A DNA stretch of 64,000 bases from Prasinococcaceae sp. CCMP 1430 (taxonomy: Eukaryota > Plantae > Prasinodermophyta), in assembly GCA_013416795.1 (NCBI GenBank), contig RQSC01000023.1, positions 151,768 to 215,767 of the forward strand, written 5' to 3'. The notes under the pieces were generated by a model, which worked only from the letters and a program-made list of their open reading frames with translations, searched no databases and was not told the origin of the DNA. Both the position numbers and the translations under genes were made by a program. Each line of letters opens with the position of its first letter. Positions within the stretch are counted from its first letter, which is position 1. Below are positions 1 through 10,965 of the stretch, in pieces.

Positions 1-1446
1 TACAAGGGCCTCACCGGCAGCGACGGCGAGTACAACCGCCAGCACAGGCTACTGTGCCAGAAGCCCTTCCTGTACCAGCCCAACCTGCACGACTTCGCGG
101 GGGTAATCACTGATCGGGTGAGCGCGATGATCGACGCGTGGGACGAGGCGGGGGTCGCGATGGGCGACCAGCGGGGGCAGCAGCAGCGGGGGCAGCGGGG
201 TGGCAGCGGCGGGGCGGGGGCGGCGCACGGTGCGAGTGAGGCGCACCCGCTGCGCGTGGACATGAACGAGATGTCGCAGCGCGTCACGCTGGACATCATC
301 TCGTTGATCGCCTTCAACCACGACTTCCGGCAGGTGGAGCGCACGCGCCGCGAGATGCTCGCCGAGGCCACGTCGGGCGACTACGTCAACGAACCTGATG
401 AGCTCCTGGACGCGTACAATCTGAGCAGCGAGATCATGGGGCAGCTCTTCATCACGCCGGTGCCGCTGCTTAAGTTGGCGAGCGCGCTGGGCGTGCCGAA
501 GGTCGTGCAGCTGGAGGAGTCGTACGAAACGCTCGAGCGAGTGGGCATGTCCATCGTGGACCAGCGGCGCGCGGTGCTTGCCGAGCGCGCCGAGCGCGAT
601 GGCGGCATCAAGGCTGAGTGCCTACTGGACACGCTGGTGACGGCCACCAACCCTGACGGCACCCCCCTCAGCAATGACGACCTGTGGGGCGACGTGAATG
701 ACATCATGGCCGCCGGGCACCGCACGCAGGCGAGCGCCATGTGCGTGGCGCTGTACCACTTGAGCCGCGACCTGCCGCTGCTCGAGGCGGCGATGGCGGA
801 GGTGGATACGCTAGGCGGCCGCGTGCCCACGTACGAGGACGTTAAGGAGGGCAGGCTGGAGCTCATCCAGCGCGTCGTCAAGGAGGGGCTGCGAATGTAC
901 GCGCCCATTAACCTTTTTCCCAGGCTGGCCGGCGGTGACGACGAGCTGCCCACGGGCCACACGGTCGAGAAGGGAGATTTCATTCTGTTGAGCAGCTACG
1001 CCATGGGCCGCAATCCGCGCGTGTGGAAGGACCCCATGAAGTTCGATCCGGACCGCTTCTTGGAATCCAACTTGGTGGCGATGCAGGAGGAGCGGGGCAG
1101 CGAGCTCGGGCTCAGCGAGGAGGATGTCAAGCGCAACGTGCAGCGCATTTTGAATGGGAGGGACTTCGTGTATACGCCCTTTGGCGCGGGGCCGCGCTCG
1201 TGCATCGGTGGGACATTCGCGCAAATGTCCGTCACCCTCATCCTGACGACGTGCCTGCAGCGCTACCACTTCCGCCCGAGCGACAATCCGGCCCACCCGA
1301 ACGGCGACGAGCTGCCGCTGAAATACGACACGACTATCGTCTTCCCGGAGGGCGTGCACATGCGCATGTGGCCGAGGGAGAAGAAGGGTGGCGAGGCAGG
1401 CGACGCGGCGGAGCTGGGTCGGCAGGCCGCCCCGGCGATGGCCTGA
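1..1446 (+). CDS. Cytochrome P450, 5'-partial (frame open from base 1)
   Basis: Heme motif PFGAGPRSCIG, ExxR (KEGLR), PERF-like FDPDRF, I-helix AAGHRT. Confidence 0.95.
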   Translation, partial: YKGLTGSDGEYNRQHRLLCQKPFLYQPNLHDFAGVITDRVSAMIDAWDEAGVAMGDQRGQQQRGQRGGSGGAGAAHGASEAHPLRVDMNEMSQRVTLDIISLIAFNHDFRQVERTRREMLAEATSGDYVNEPDELLDAYNLSSEIMGQLFITPVPLLKLASALGVPKVVQLEESYETLERVGMSIVDQRRAVLAERAERDGGIKAECLLDTLVTATNPDGTPLSNDDLWGDVNDIMAAGHRTQASAMCVALYHLSRDLPLLEAAMAEVDTLGGRVPTYEDVKEGRLELIQRVVKEGLRMYAPINLFPRLAGGDDELPTGHTVEKGDFILLSSYAMGRNPRVWKDPMKFDPDRFLESNLVAMQEERGSELGLSEEDVKRNVQRILNGRDFVYTPFGAGPRSCIGGTFAQMSVTLILTTCLQRYHFRPSDNPAHPNGDELPLKYDTTIVFPEGVHMRMWPREKKGGEAGDAAELGRQAAPAMA

Positions 1447-2094
1447 GGCGAGCGGCCTGGTGCTTACGACGGCGCGCGGGGAGCCGTGTTTTCTCATTTA
1501 TATAAAAAATAATTTGGCGCTCGCCACCTACGTGCGTGGTGGTGAGGCCGCTCGTGTAAAATGATGGTGTACCAAGTACGCCAGTACCTCCTCGGTCCAG
1601 CCTCTCTTCTTGCCGCACGCCCGCGCCACTGGAGCGCCTCCAGCGCCATCCGAGTCGCGGGCATGCCCGCCGCCGCCTCTCCCTCTCCTGCCTCCAACCG
1701 CCCTCACACCCTGTGCCGCGCTCTCGGGGTACGACCACGGGAGAGTCATCAAACATTCCTTTTTGATGAGCGCTTCTCGCCTGCCGCCCCGTGCTCCCGC
1801 TCGCCCTCGCGCGTGCACGTGCGACAAACGTCGGCGCGCTTAATTTTTTTTGATTTGCCATGGTATCGTTGCGCGCAGGCGGCGGCTGGTCCGCGGCGGC
1901 GGCTGGCGCCTGCTCGCGTGGAGGCGCAGGCGCGGCAGCGGCTGCCCACGCGGCCGAGGGCCACACTGCTGCGGCCAGGCGCGTGACGCTCCCACCCGGC
2001 GCGGCTCCGACTGGGGTGTTTCAAAGGCCGCGATGGTTGGCGACGGGGGCGGCGGCGGCGGCGGAGCGCGGCTCGCGCCGCGCTCGTCGCGTGG

Positions 2095-3760
2095 ATGCGC
2101 GCAGGCGGCTTCTGGTGGGACGAGGCGCGGCTGGACATGGACGCCGACGCAGCGGGCGAGGACGCCGCGGCGCGCGGCGTTGCGGCGCGCGCGGACATCG
2201 ACGCGCCTACCGAAGAGCAGCTCCGTCATCAGGCGCGCGGGTCGGACGAGGCACGGCAGCTCCAGGAGCGGCCACGAGTGGATGGGGAGGACGGGTCGGC
2301 GAAAGATGGGGAGGATGGTGGTGCAGAAGCGCAGCCGAACCCAGAGCCGACCGCCCTCGCGGTGATGCCCCTCGCGCGGCTCCTCACGTGGCGCACGTGT
2401 TGGGCGCGCGAGATGGCCGCCGCGGCAGTCGACGCGCGCGACGCCGATGCGAATTGTAGCACTCGCAGTAGCGGCAGCTGGGTCATGCCTGCAGCGGTGG
2501 CGCTGCTGGCTGAGCGCGCCGCTGGCGAGCGGTCGGCGTGGCGGCCGTACGTCGCAGCGCTGCCCGATGGAGCCGACGTGCCGTGGCGCTGGGAGGAGGC
2601 TGACGCGCGTGCACTGCTGCGCGGCACCGACGCCCATGCTCTCGCCGAGCACATCCGCGTGTCGGCGCGCACCGAGTGGGAACGCTACGTGCTTCCAGCG
2701 GTTCGCAAGGCGGCGGCCAGGCACGGCGCCAACACCGCTGCAACTGCCACGGGGCCGAAGCCGCAGGGTGCTACGCATGCAGGCGCAAGGGACACCCGGC
2801 AGGATCGAGCCGAGACAGAAGTGGACGCGGGTGCGGGGGCACCGCTCGAGGCGCTGTATGCAGACGAGGCGCTGTGGACGCTTGACGGCTACCTACGTTG
2901 CCGCAGCCTCGTGACCAGTCGCGCATTCAACCTGCCGGCGCCCGATGTGGCGGGCCTCGTGCCGGGCGCCGACCTTTTCAATCACGCGCCTGTGGGAAAA
3001 CACACCGTGTCCTTCCAAGAGGGCGCTGCGGGCTTCCGCCTGGAGACGGATGATGGTATCCCCGTCGAGTGCGTGTGCGTCGCCGCGCACGCCGCCGCCA
3101 AGGCAGGGCAGGAGCTCTTTCTCACCTACGGGCCGCTACCGCCAGCTGAGCTGCTTTGTCACTTCGCCTTTGTCGACGAGGTACGTGGCAGGAGCAGCTC
3201 GCGCGCTCGCACACGCGCTTGTCAGGACGGGCGTGTGCTGACTGATGTTGGCGCCATTCGCGCCCCCACTGAAAAACAAAACACGCGCGCGCAAACAGGC
3301 CCCGTTGCGCGCAGAAGACACCGCCGTGTGCGTCTCACTGGGCGAGTTGCGAGCGGCAGCGGCGCTCGAAGGGCGCGCGGCGCTCAAGGCCGAGCCTACA
3401 GGTGCCGAGCAGCAGAGTAGCTCCGGTGCAAGCGCGAGCGAGTACGCCGTCCATGGCGACGGCTCAGCCTCGAACGACCTGCGCGCCGCTGCAGCGGCGC
3501 TCTGCGGCGGGGACGCGGCTGCCACCGCACGCACGCTTGCCGGCGCAGCACGGCGGCGCCTCGCGCGTCTGGGTGACGAGCCCGATTACAGTACCACGCC
3601 ACGGTTGCGCGCGCGCGCGGTGCGCCGGCTGCGCGTGCACGAGCGCGCCGCGCTCGAGGCGCTGCTCGCTGGCACGGATGCCGAGGGCGCGGCGGATGCA
3701 GCGCCCTCCGCCGCGGCCGCAGCCGTGGCCTCAGACCAAGCTGCGTGGGACCTATTCTGA
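2095..3760 (+). CDS. SET-domain protein-lysine methyltransferase (Rubisco LSMT/SETD6-like); exons 2095-3180 and 3299-3760
   Basis: Motifs WRPYVAALP, SRAF, LVPGADLFNH, GQELFLTYG. A phase-0 GTACGT..ACAG intron (3181-3298) joins two ORFs. The true start may be ATG 2033 if there is a small indel. Confidence 0.85.
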
Positions 3761-3792
3761 CCGAACCGTATTTCCAGTCGCTGTCGATGTTG

Positions 3793-3805
3793 TTACAGTA
3801 CTGTA
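3793..3805. terminator. Putative polyadenylation signal (TGTAA/TGTA), bidirectional between convergent genes
   Basis: The palindrome TACAGTACTGTA gives TGTA on both strands and TGTAA on the minus strand. TGTAA also follows genes at 1555, 13672, 20695, 29844, 39665 and 53062. Confidence 0.55.
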
Positions 3806-3844
3806 TGGCCCGTCAAGCGTCTGTGTCACGCGCGCTGCGCGTGC

Positions 3845-5729
3845 CTAGCGCTGCGCCCTGGTCAGCTCCTGGAAGTTCGAGTACATGTCCTTGTAGGCGA
3901 GACCGCTGCTCGTATCCCTGCAGACGGAAGCCCCATCCCCTGCGACAACGGCCAAGTAGAACAGCTTTTCTTGAGGCATTTCGAAAATCAATTCTCCAGC
4001 CTCATCGCGCACCTCTTTGGCTGCCAGGAGCGAGCCAAGATCTGCGCTCACATCCTGGCCGTCATCCCCTTGGTATACAATAGCCGTGTCCGAAGTCACG
4101 CGCTGTGCAAACCAGCGGTGGAGCGGGTGCTCGCCGTGCGACGGCATCGCGGCTGCCGCGGCTGTGCTCTGCCCAGTACCACCTGAGGCACGGTGCGAGC
4201 GGTCTCGCTCTCTGTCCATGGGTCTGACATCCGGCGACCTGCTGCGACTACGCCTCCCATGATCGCGATGTCGGCGTTCAGGCGACCGCTTGGCGCTCCC
4301 ATAAGTGCGTCGGCCGTCATGACGGTGATCAGGACTACGGCTGCGGCTACGCCTGCTGTGACGGCGACGATCGGGGCTGCGGCTGCGCGGCCGACGTGCT
4401 CGCTCATGCTTGTGGTATCCTTTGCCGTGCTCCTGGTGCCTACGGTCGTCCTCGCGGCCTCTTCGCTCGGAACTCCAGCTCGCGTGCCTCTCTCGTTCCG
4501 GACTTCTACTCCACCGCGGTCTGTCGCGCTCACCTTCTTGGCCGTCGAGACGGACCTCACGTGCGCGCCCTTCTGCTTTCGCCACCACATGACAAACATG
4601 TTCGAGGCACTTCTCGACGCTCTTCGCTGAGCCGGTCACAAACAACCCGCTATTCATGCCGTCAATGCGCACGCTATATCTCTGCTCGATGTGAATCTTC
4701 CTTGCCATCTTTTTCCCCATGACCAGCCCCATGAGCGTGTTGGGCTCGACGATGAGCCTGCGCGATACTTTTTCATCGCCGTGCTCGCCAGCGCCAGCGC
4801 CAGCGCCGCCGCCAAGAGCTGGTTCGGCGTGTTCTATAGCGCCGGCGTGAGGTTGCGAGAGCGGTTCTAGCGATGCATTATCTACGTCCACGATCTCAAC
4901 AATGTGCCCCCCAACCCTCGCCCGCCGCAACAATATCTCGGCCTCTGTGATGTACGACTCGACGTCGGCCAAACGTCCGCGAATGTAGAAGTACTTGATG
5001 TGTGTGTTGGCTTCGCAGGCTACGTTCTACGTCCTCTGCATTTGTTTGATCACAGTGCCTTTGGAACCCACGAGGATCCCCTTCGCCTTCGGAGGATAGA
5101 TCTCGAGGCGGCGACTGATAACACTCGGGGGGCCGTCACTGTGGCCCGCAGGCGACGCGTAGTTGACCGCAGGTGCATCGGAGGGTCGCTGCCACTGGGC
5201 CACCGCAGCTGCAACCGCACTGGGCGGCTGCGTCGGCTGCCACTGCTGCTCCGGCGCTGGTGGGCACGCCCCCGTCGATACTGGTGGAGCCGCCGGGGCG
5301 TGCTCCTCCGGGGCAGGCTGAGCATGCGACATGCCATATTCCGGACCCGGCTGCTGCGGCGCTTGCGAGGCGGAGCCTGACTGCTCTCTGAGGAGCCTCT
5401 GGCGTTGCATCTCTGCACGCGGGTCGCGCGAGGAATGCGTGCGCACTGGAGCCGACTCGCCGTTCACTGAAGCATCGGTAGTGAACTTGCGGTCAGGCGC
5501 TCCGGCCAGCTCGCCCTCCTCACGTGCTTCAACGGTTGCGTCAACTGGCGGAGGCGCAAGCGCAAGCCGGAGTATCTTGGTGGCTTCTGCGAGCTTGGCG
5601 CGCATGATTGCCTCGATGGACATTTGTTGTGCAGACTCCACTATGCCACTAGTGCCTGCTTCCATGCCGCCTCCCTCTGCGCCCATGCCGGCAGCGGCAA
5701 CCGCTGGGCCTGCTGGGCCGGGCTGCATC
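3845..5729 (-). CDS. KH-domain RNA-binding protein with RS-rich region; in-frame TAG at 5029-5027
   Basis: Two KH-like GxxG motifs (GILVGSKGTVIKQMQ; GLVMGKKMARKIHIEQRY) and an RS/RE-rich tract. ORFs 5027-5887 and 3845-4972 share one frame. The start is approximate (MMQPGP). Confidence 0.75.
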
Positions 5730-6356
5730 ATCACGGCCAGGCGGGCTTGCGCGCGCCCGCCCGACCTCGCGTGCGCGCGCCCGCCTCCAGCGCGCTCGAG
5801 GGCCGCCCGCTTCCCGAGCCCAACGCTGCGAGCGAGGCGCGCCTCTTCCGCCCCTTCCTCCCCCCACACCCCGCTTTCAATACACACGCACCGCCAGCCT
5901 CAACACCCCTCCGTGCGCACGATCGCGCGCAATCGCTGGCGCCGCGGCGACGCACCGCGCGCCGCGGCGCGTGATCCACCTGCGGTGCCGCGCGCAGCCG
6001 CGCCCCGTCGCGTCCCGCGCGCGCCGCGTGCTTGAATTGAATGGAATGGATGCGCTCGCGACGCCCCGCCGCGATCGTGACCCCGGTGGTTGCCGTCCGA
6101 CCTGAAAAGAGACCCGAAGTACGGCTTCTAAAGGGGTCTAATCAAAAGGCGCTGACCGGGGTCAGGCCACGTTTGCTCTTTTTTGCTTTCGCTCTTTTTT
6201 GCTTTTGTTCTGTTCTTTGCAAGTGAAGGGTTCTTCCGTCCGGCGGCGAGAGAGAGGAGAGCGAGCGGGAGCCGTCGCGGGGGGAGCCGTCGCCGGGGCG
6301 GGCAGGGGTGCCACACCGGGCTCGCGCCCCCGCCGGGCAGCGCGGGCGGGGGCGCG

Positions 6357-7136
6357 ATGGCCGAACTCGTGCCACGAGGCTTCGCGCAGGGGCGGGTGGC
6401 GGTGCGCGTGGCGTGCGCGCTCCCCGGCGGCAGGTCGTATGAGGAGTGGGTGAACTGGGAGCTGCCCGCCGGGGGGGCGGTGAGTGCCAACCAGCTGCAG
6501 CGCGAGGCCAACGCCTTCGTGCAGCAGCTCGCGAAGGACGGCGCCGTGCCGGCGTCCGAGGTGGTGGGCATTGCGAAAGACATAGGTCAGCAGCTGCGCG
6601 CAGCCGCCAACAAGATGAGCTCTGGCGGCACAGGCGCGGTGGTGGGGGCAGAGGAGCTCTACCTCATGCGCGCCGATGTTGCGCTGCCGGGGGAGAGCGG
6701 GGGGCCCGGGCGCGCGGCCGAGGACGACAAGGAGCGCAATGCGATCGGGGACCAGTTCGTGTGGGACGCCACTGGCCCGCATGCGGACCTCGACGCATTC
6801 GCGGCGGTGACATGTGAGGAGGCAGGCCTGCCGCGCGTTGCGGCGGCGTCGCTGGCAGCAGAACTGCGCTCCGAGGCGCTCGAGGCGCGACGGCTAGCCG
6901 GGTCTGACCCCTCGCTGCTCGCGTACGCCCCCAAGGCCAGCGGGCGTGGTGCGACGCGTCGAGGGCAGGTGGCACAGGCGGAAGCGACCGAAAAGGGCTC
7001 GCAGCGCATCGCGCCGCTGACGCTGCACGAGGACATGAGCACCACGGGCATCATACGGGCCGAGCGTGACGCCGTGCTGTGGGGGCCGACGATTGAGTCC
7101 CTATCGGGGGGTGCCGGCGATGAGGACTACGACTAG
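6357..7136 (+). CDS. SNF5/INI1-repeat-containing protein
   Basis: IGDQFVWD...DLDAFAAVTCEEAGLP...LAAELR matches one SNF5 repeat. Confidence 0.7.
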   Translation: MAELVPRGFAQGRVAVRVACALPGGRSYEEWVNWELPAGGAVSANQLQREANAFVQQLAKDGAVPASEVVGIAKDIGQQLRAAANKMSSGGTGAVVGAEELYLMRADVALPGESGGPGRAAEDDKERNAIGDQFVWDATGPHADLDAFAAVTCEEAGLPRVAAASLAAELRSEALEARRLAGSDPSLLAYAPKASGRGATRRGQVAQAEATEKGSQRIAPLTLHEDMSTTGIIRAERDAVLWGPTIESLSGGAGDEDYD

Positions 7137-7284
7137 CTCCTAGTTTGAGGCGCGGCTGTGCCCGCCCGCGCGCGAGAGCTCGACCTGCACAACGCAGTAT
7201 GCTCGCACGCCGCGCGCCGTGGTATTAGGGGGGTCGCGTTATTATCCTTGCACGCGCGCAGCAGCAGCGCGCCTACGCCACGCT

Positions 7285-8433
7285 TCACAGCAGCCCAATG
7301 AGCGCGTGCGGCCATGGCACCAACAGCGCGAGCGGCTGCACCCTCAGCAGCGCAGGCGAGGCGGGTCCACCTGGGAACACGGTCGCCACGTCGAGCTCGA
7401 GCTCAGCGTCGAAGGTGTCGGCCTCTGCCCCCGCTTCTCCGAGAGCACTGCCATCCCTGCCACCAGCCGCAGCGACGGCGACTCGAAGGCGTTTAGTGGA
7501 GGCGCTGGCGAGCTCGAGTACGAGCGTCGAGTAGCTGCGTGGGTCCGGTCATAGCGCTGGCCGCGTCAGCACGCAGGGGCGCGGTTTCGTGCGGCCAGGT
7601 AGGCGGGCGCACGCGCAGCGTCGGCTGCGCTAACGCAACTCGGTTGATGCGCGAAGAACCCTTCGCTTGCACGCTGCGGTGCCAGAATCAGGAATTGCGC
7701 CGGAGCCAGCACCACCACTTGCGGCCCCCGCGACGGCGAACGCGCTGTCCGTCGCGTGCAGCTCTACGTGCGCCACATCTCCGCTCCCGCGCAGCACCAC
7801 AGCATCGAACGCATCCTCAGCCCCACCCACAGAGTAGCACACGTGGTGTGGGTACACGGGCGTGGGATCCGCTCCTGCGATGACAAAGGACGGGCTGCAG
7901 TGCGCCTCGGCGCTGCCGGCACGATCGCACCCGCGCGCCTCTGCACCCGCACGAGTGCCTTGGCCACTCTCTGCCGCATCACCGACACTCACAGCCCGCG
8001 CATTCACACGATAGGACGCGTGGCATACCAGGTTCAGTAGAAGAGAGGCGCGCCAGTCCACTGCGGCAGCCACGCCGGTCCTGAGGAGCGTGTCAGGCAG
8101 CGGTGGTAGCTTCGGCCCGCATCGTCGCACAAAGAAAGGCTCCGACTCGCCTTCGACCGCGTCGACCGGCACGAAGAAGAGCATGTCATCGCACGCAAGG
8201 CTGCGCTGCGAAGGCGGCGGCGACAGGAACAGCAGCGACATGGCACTACTCCAGAACGCAGACGCTGCTGCGGCGCTCTCGTTTGCACTCCTGTCACGCC
8301 CGCTCCCGCCGCCCGCCGCCGCCGCGCTCGCGCAGCGGCGCCGCAGCAGCGCCAGCAGCAGCTCGCCGCGCGCGCCCGCAGCCGCCTGCAGCCGCGGTGA
8401 CAGCGACGGAAGGCACGGCGCCGCGCCTTCCAT
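7285..8433 (-). CDS. DUF2045 (KIAA0930-like) protein; probable exons 8433-7640 and 7534-7285
   Basis: Motifs DDMLFFV, PFFVRR, VDWRASLLLNLVCHASY, YP..CYSV..EDAF..VEL. The last exon ends LLVPWPHALIGLL. The donor position is inferred. Confidence 0.75.
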
Positions 8434-8703
8434 CGCTGGTGGTGCCCGCCTGCCGCCTCGCGCGCGCGGTATGCACCGCCCCCGCCAGCTCACATATCTG
8501 CAGGCTTCCTCCGACGTGGAAAGTAGAAACCGTGCACGGACCTTATGCAAGGCAAACGCCGGGGCGCGCATACCGGAATGCGAGGCGCCACAAAGCGCGC
8601 GCACTGCGCGCGCGAGTCGGCGCGAGGCGGCGCTCGTCCACAGCTGCCCGGCGTCCTGCCTCGTCCCCTCGCCCTCCGAGCCGCCCGGCCTGGCTGCGAG
8701 GCG

Positions 8704-9144
8704 ATGGCGTGCGTGGCGGCGTGCGCAGCAGTGGGTGCGAGGCGCGCGTCGGCGGCGGCGGCGGCAGGGCGCAGCGGCGAGCGCGCTCGCACGCAGGCAC
8801 GACCGGGGTTGCGCTGCCAGGCACGACTGGCGCCGCACCGAGCGCAACCGCGCGCTGTGGACGTGCGTTGCGCTGGGAAGGCGGCGCTGGCAGCGACGGT
8901 GGCCGACGCTAGGCCGTGCGCCGGGGGTGCACCTGTCGGGACGCCCGCTGGTGACGGTGCCTTGCTGCGAAACTCCGCGCAAGGGGACGTGCCGCATGTG
9001 GCAGACCTTGCTGCAGTGGTGAGCGAACACGGCGTGCTCGAGAAACTCGGCATAAGTGTCGCCTTTGGCGTGTGCGTGTGTCTGGTGGTCGCATTGGCCA
9101 TCAGCGCGGTCGCCGCGCTCAACACTGTCCGTGACAATAGCTAG
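8704..9144 (+). CDS. Hypothetical small plastid-targeted protein with C-terminal TM helix
   Basis: Ala/Arg-rich transit-peptide-like N-terminus (VDVRC-A) and a hydrophobic segment LGISVAFGVCVCLVVALAISAVAAL. Confidence 0.55.
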   Translation: MACVAACAAVGARRASAAAAAGRSGERARTQARPGLRCQARLAPHRAQPRAVDVRCAGKAALAATVADARPCAGGAPVGTPAGDGALLRNSAQGDVPHVADLAAVVSEHGVLEKLGISVAFGVCVCLVVALAISAVAALNTVRDNS

Positions 9145-9400
9145 CGACGAGTGGAATAAATAGTGTGGGCGTTATGTTTGTTGTGCTCTCAAGCCATACC
9201 AATATCAAAGGGCGCGACAGGCTGGCATTCGCGAGCCGCGCCGCCGGCATCCCGCAAAGCTTGGTCACTGACCCCTGTGTTCATGCCGTTGTCGAATTAG
9301 AGCAAGCTACGTTTGGGCACCCGCTCTCCCTGTCGCGTGTACCAATAGTGCATACGTCCAACCGATGGTCGTGCTGGGCTCCGTGCGCACCAGGCGAACG

Positions 9401-10771
9401 TCATGCGCGTGGAGTGTGTCGAAGCAAGAGCGCACCATCTTCTGGATGTTTTGAAGGTCCATCGAGCGTGTCCTTGGCCGCAAACTGTTGCAGGCGCTGC
9501 GCCACCGAGCCATCCAGCACGCGCGTCCTACGCCCCAGCCCAGGGCGCCCCTCAGGGCGAAGCCACGGGTGCCGCAGCGCCTCGACTGCTGTCGGGCGCA
9601 TCGTGGGGTCCTTGTGGAGAAGTTTGCGCACCAGGCATATGGCCTCCTCGGAGATTTCCGGCCAGGGCTCGCGCATGAGCTGCGGGTCCAGGTCATCCTC
9701 CAAAATTGAGCGCCACACGAGGTTCATGCTGGGCTGCAGCGGGTTGTGGTGGTCGTTGAACGGAAAGCGCCCCGACAGCAGCTGGAACAGCATCACACCC
9801 GCCGCCCATACGTCCGCCGCCGGGCCCACCTCCGAGCGCAACAGCTCGGGCGCCATGAACCACGCTGTTCCAGCGGTCGGCATCCCCTCCTTTTGCTCCG
9901 GAGTGTAAAAGGTCGCCAGCCCGAAGTCGATGGTACGCACGCAGGCGTCTGGCGCGTCGTCGTGGAAGAGGAAGTTGCTCGGCTTGACATCCAGGTGGAG
10001 GATGGAATTCTCGTGGCACTTTGCGAGCGTGCGGAAGACGGCACGCATGATGCGTGCCACCTCGGCCTCGGTGTAGCTGATCATCGCCAGTCGGTCCAGC
10101 ACCTCTCCGCCCGTGCAGAGCTCGAGAACGATGTACACATGCTGGTCGTCCTCGTACACGCCGTACATGTGCGCCACTTCGGGAGTGCCGCGCAGCTTGC
10201 GCAGCACGCGCACCTCGCGCTTGACGTCCACGCGCAGGTTCTCAGCCTTGATGGCTAGCTGTTTCTCTGCGCCGTAGCTGGCTTGCCCGACGCGCCGCCC
10301 GGCCTTGACGTGCTTCAGAAGCGTCGCAGGCAGCTTGGGGATGACCTTCACGGCCACGTCGGTGCCTTCGGCTACTGGAATGAACTCGCTCTCATCGCCC
10401 TCCTTGATGCCGCCCGTGGCGGTCGCCCTGTACACGCGCCCGTATCCACCGCGCCCGATGAGCTCGCCGAGCTCGAACGCGTCGGCGAAGCCACGCGCGA
10501 AGCCGTAGTCGGGGCCAAGCAGCTCCTCGTCCACCGCCCCTACCGCCCGCGCGCCGATGCCCTGCACTGCCGCTTCAAGGGGCGGCGGCCTTGTGACAAC
10601 GCGGGCGCGGTGCAGGCTAATCTCGCGGCCTGCGCCGCGCGGGCTGCTCTCCCTTCGCGCCGGGTGCCGCGGCTGGCCCATGCGCGACGAAGCGTCCCTG
10701 CCCACCTCCCTCACACCGCGTTTGCGCCCTGGGGCGCGCGGCGCCGCACGCGCGAGAGCGAGTGAGGGCAT
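9401..10771 (-). CDS. CDPK/CRK-related Ser/Thr kinase without EF-hand domain
   Basis: Motifs GRGGYG, VAVK, HLDVKPSN, DFG, APE and the junction-like LDGSVAQRLQQF. The 3' end may instead splice to a short exon ending at 9307. Confidence 0.88.
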   Translation of the reverse strand: MPSLALARAAPRAPGRKRGVREVGRDASSRMGQPRHPARRESSPRGAGREISLHRARVVTRPPPLEAAVQGIGARAVGAVDEELLGPDYGFARGFADAFELGELIGRGGYGRVYRATATGGIKEGDESEFIPVAEGTDVAVKVIPKLPATLLKHVKAGRRVGQASYGAEKQLAIKAENLRVDVKREVRVLRKLRGTPEVAHMYGVYEDDQHVYIVLELCTGGEVLDRLAMISYTEAEVARIMRAVFRTLAKCHENSILHLDVKPSNFLFHDDAPDACVRTIDFGLATFYTPEQKEGMPTAGTAWFMAPELLRSEVGPAADVWAAGVMLFQLLSGRFPFNDHHNPLQPSMNLVWRSILEDDLDPQLMREPWPEISEEAICLVRKLLHKDPTMRPTAVEALRHPWLRPEGRPGLGRRTRVLDGSVAQRLQQFAAKDTLDGPSKHPEDGALLLRHTPRA

Positions 10772-10965
10772 ACGGCCCCGCCGGGCGAGCGGCGCGTGTC
10801 GAGTAGCCTGGTGCCCCCTCCCCCCAGCCGATGGACGTTCCCCGCGCGTGCGGTCCTCCCGCCTCGCCTCGCCCGTGTCGTGTGGCGCAACCCGCCATGG
10901 CGGCACGCGCACGCGGCGGCGGCGGCAGCGCCAGCAGCAGCTGCTGCCGCTGCTGCGCGCGCGCN

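Noticed and set aside
5027-5029. Genome-wide stop-codon reassignment (TAG/TAA to Tyr or Gln)
   Set aside because: OEP21 ends at its conserved YDL with TAG and PGM ends at its conserved PTVIT with TAA, so both codons act as stops.
6141-6151. U5 snRNA loop or C/D snoRNA within the 6078-6164 hairpin
   Set aside because: The minus strand gives GCCUUUUGA rather than GCCUUUUAC and lacks an Sm site; a CUGA box is present but there is no RUGAUGA C box.
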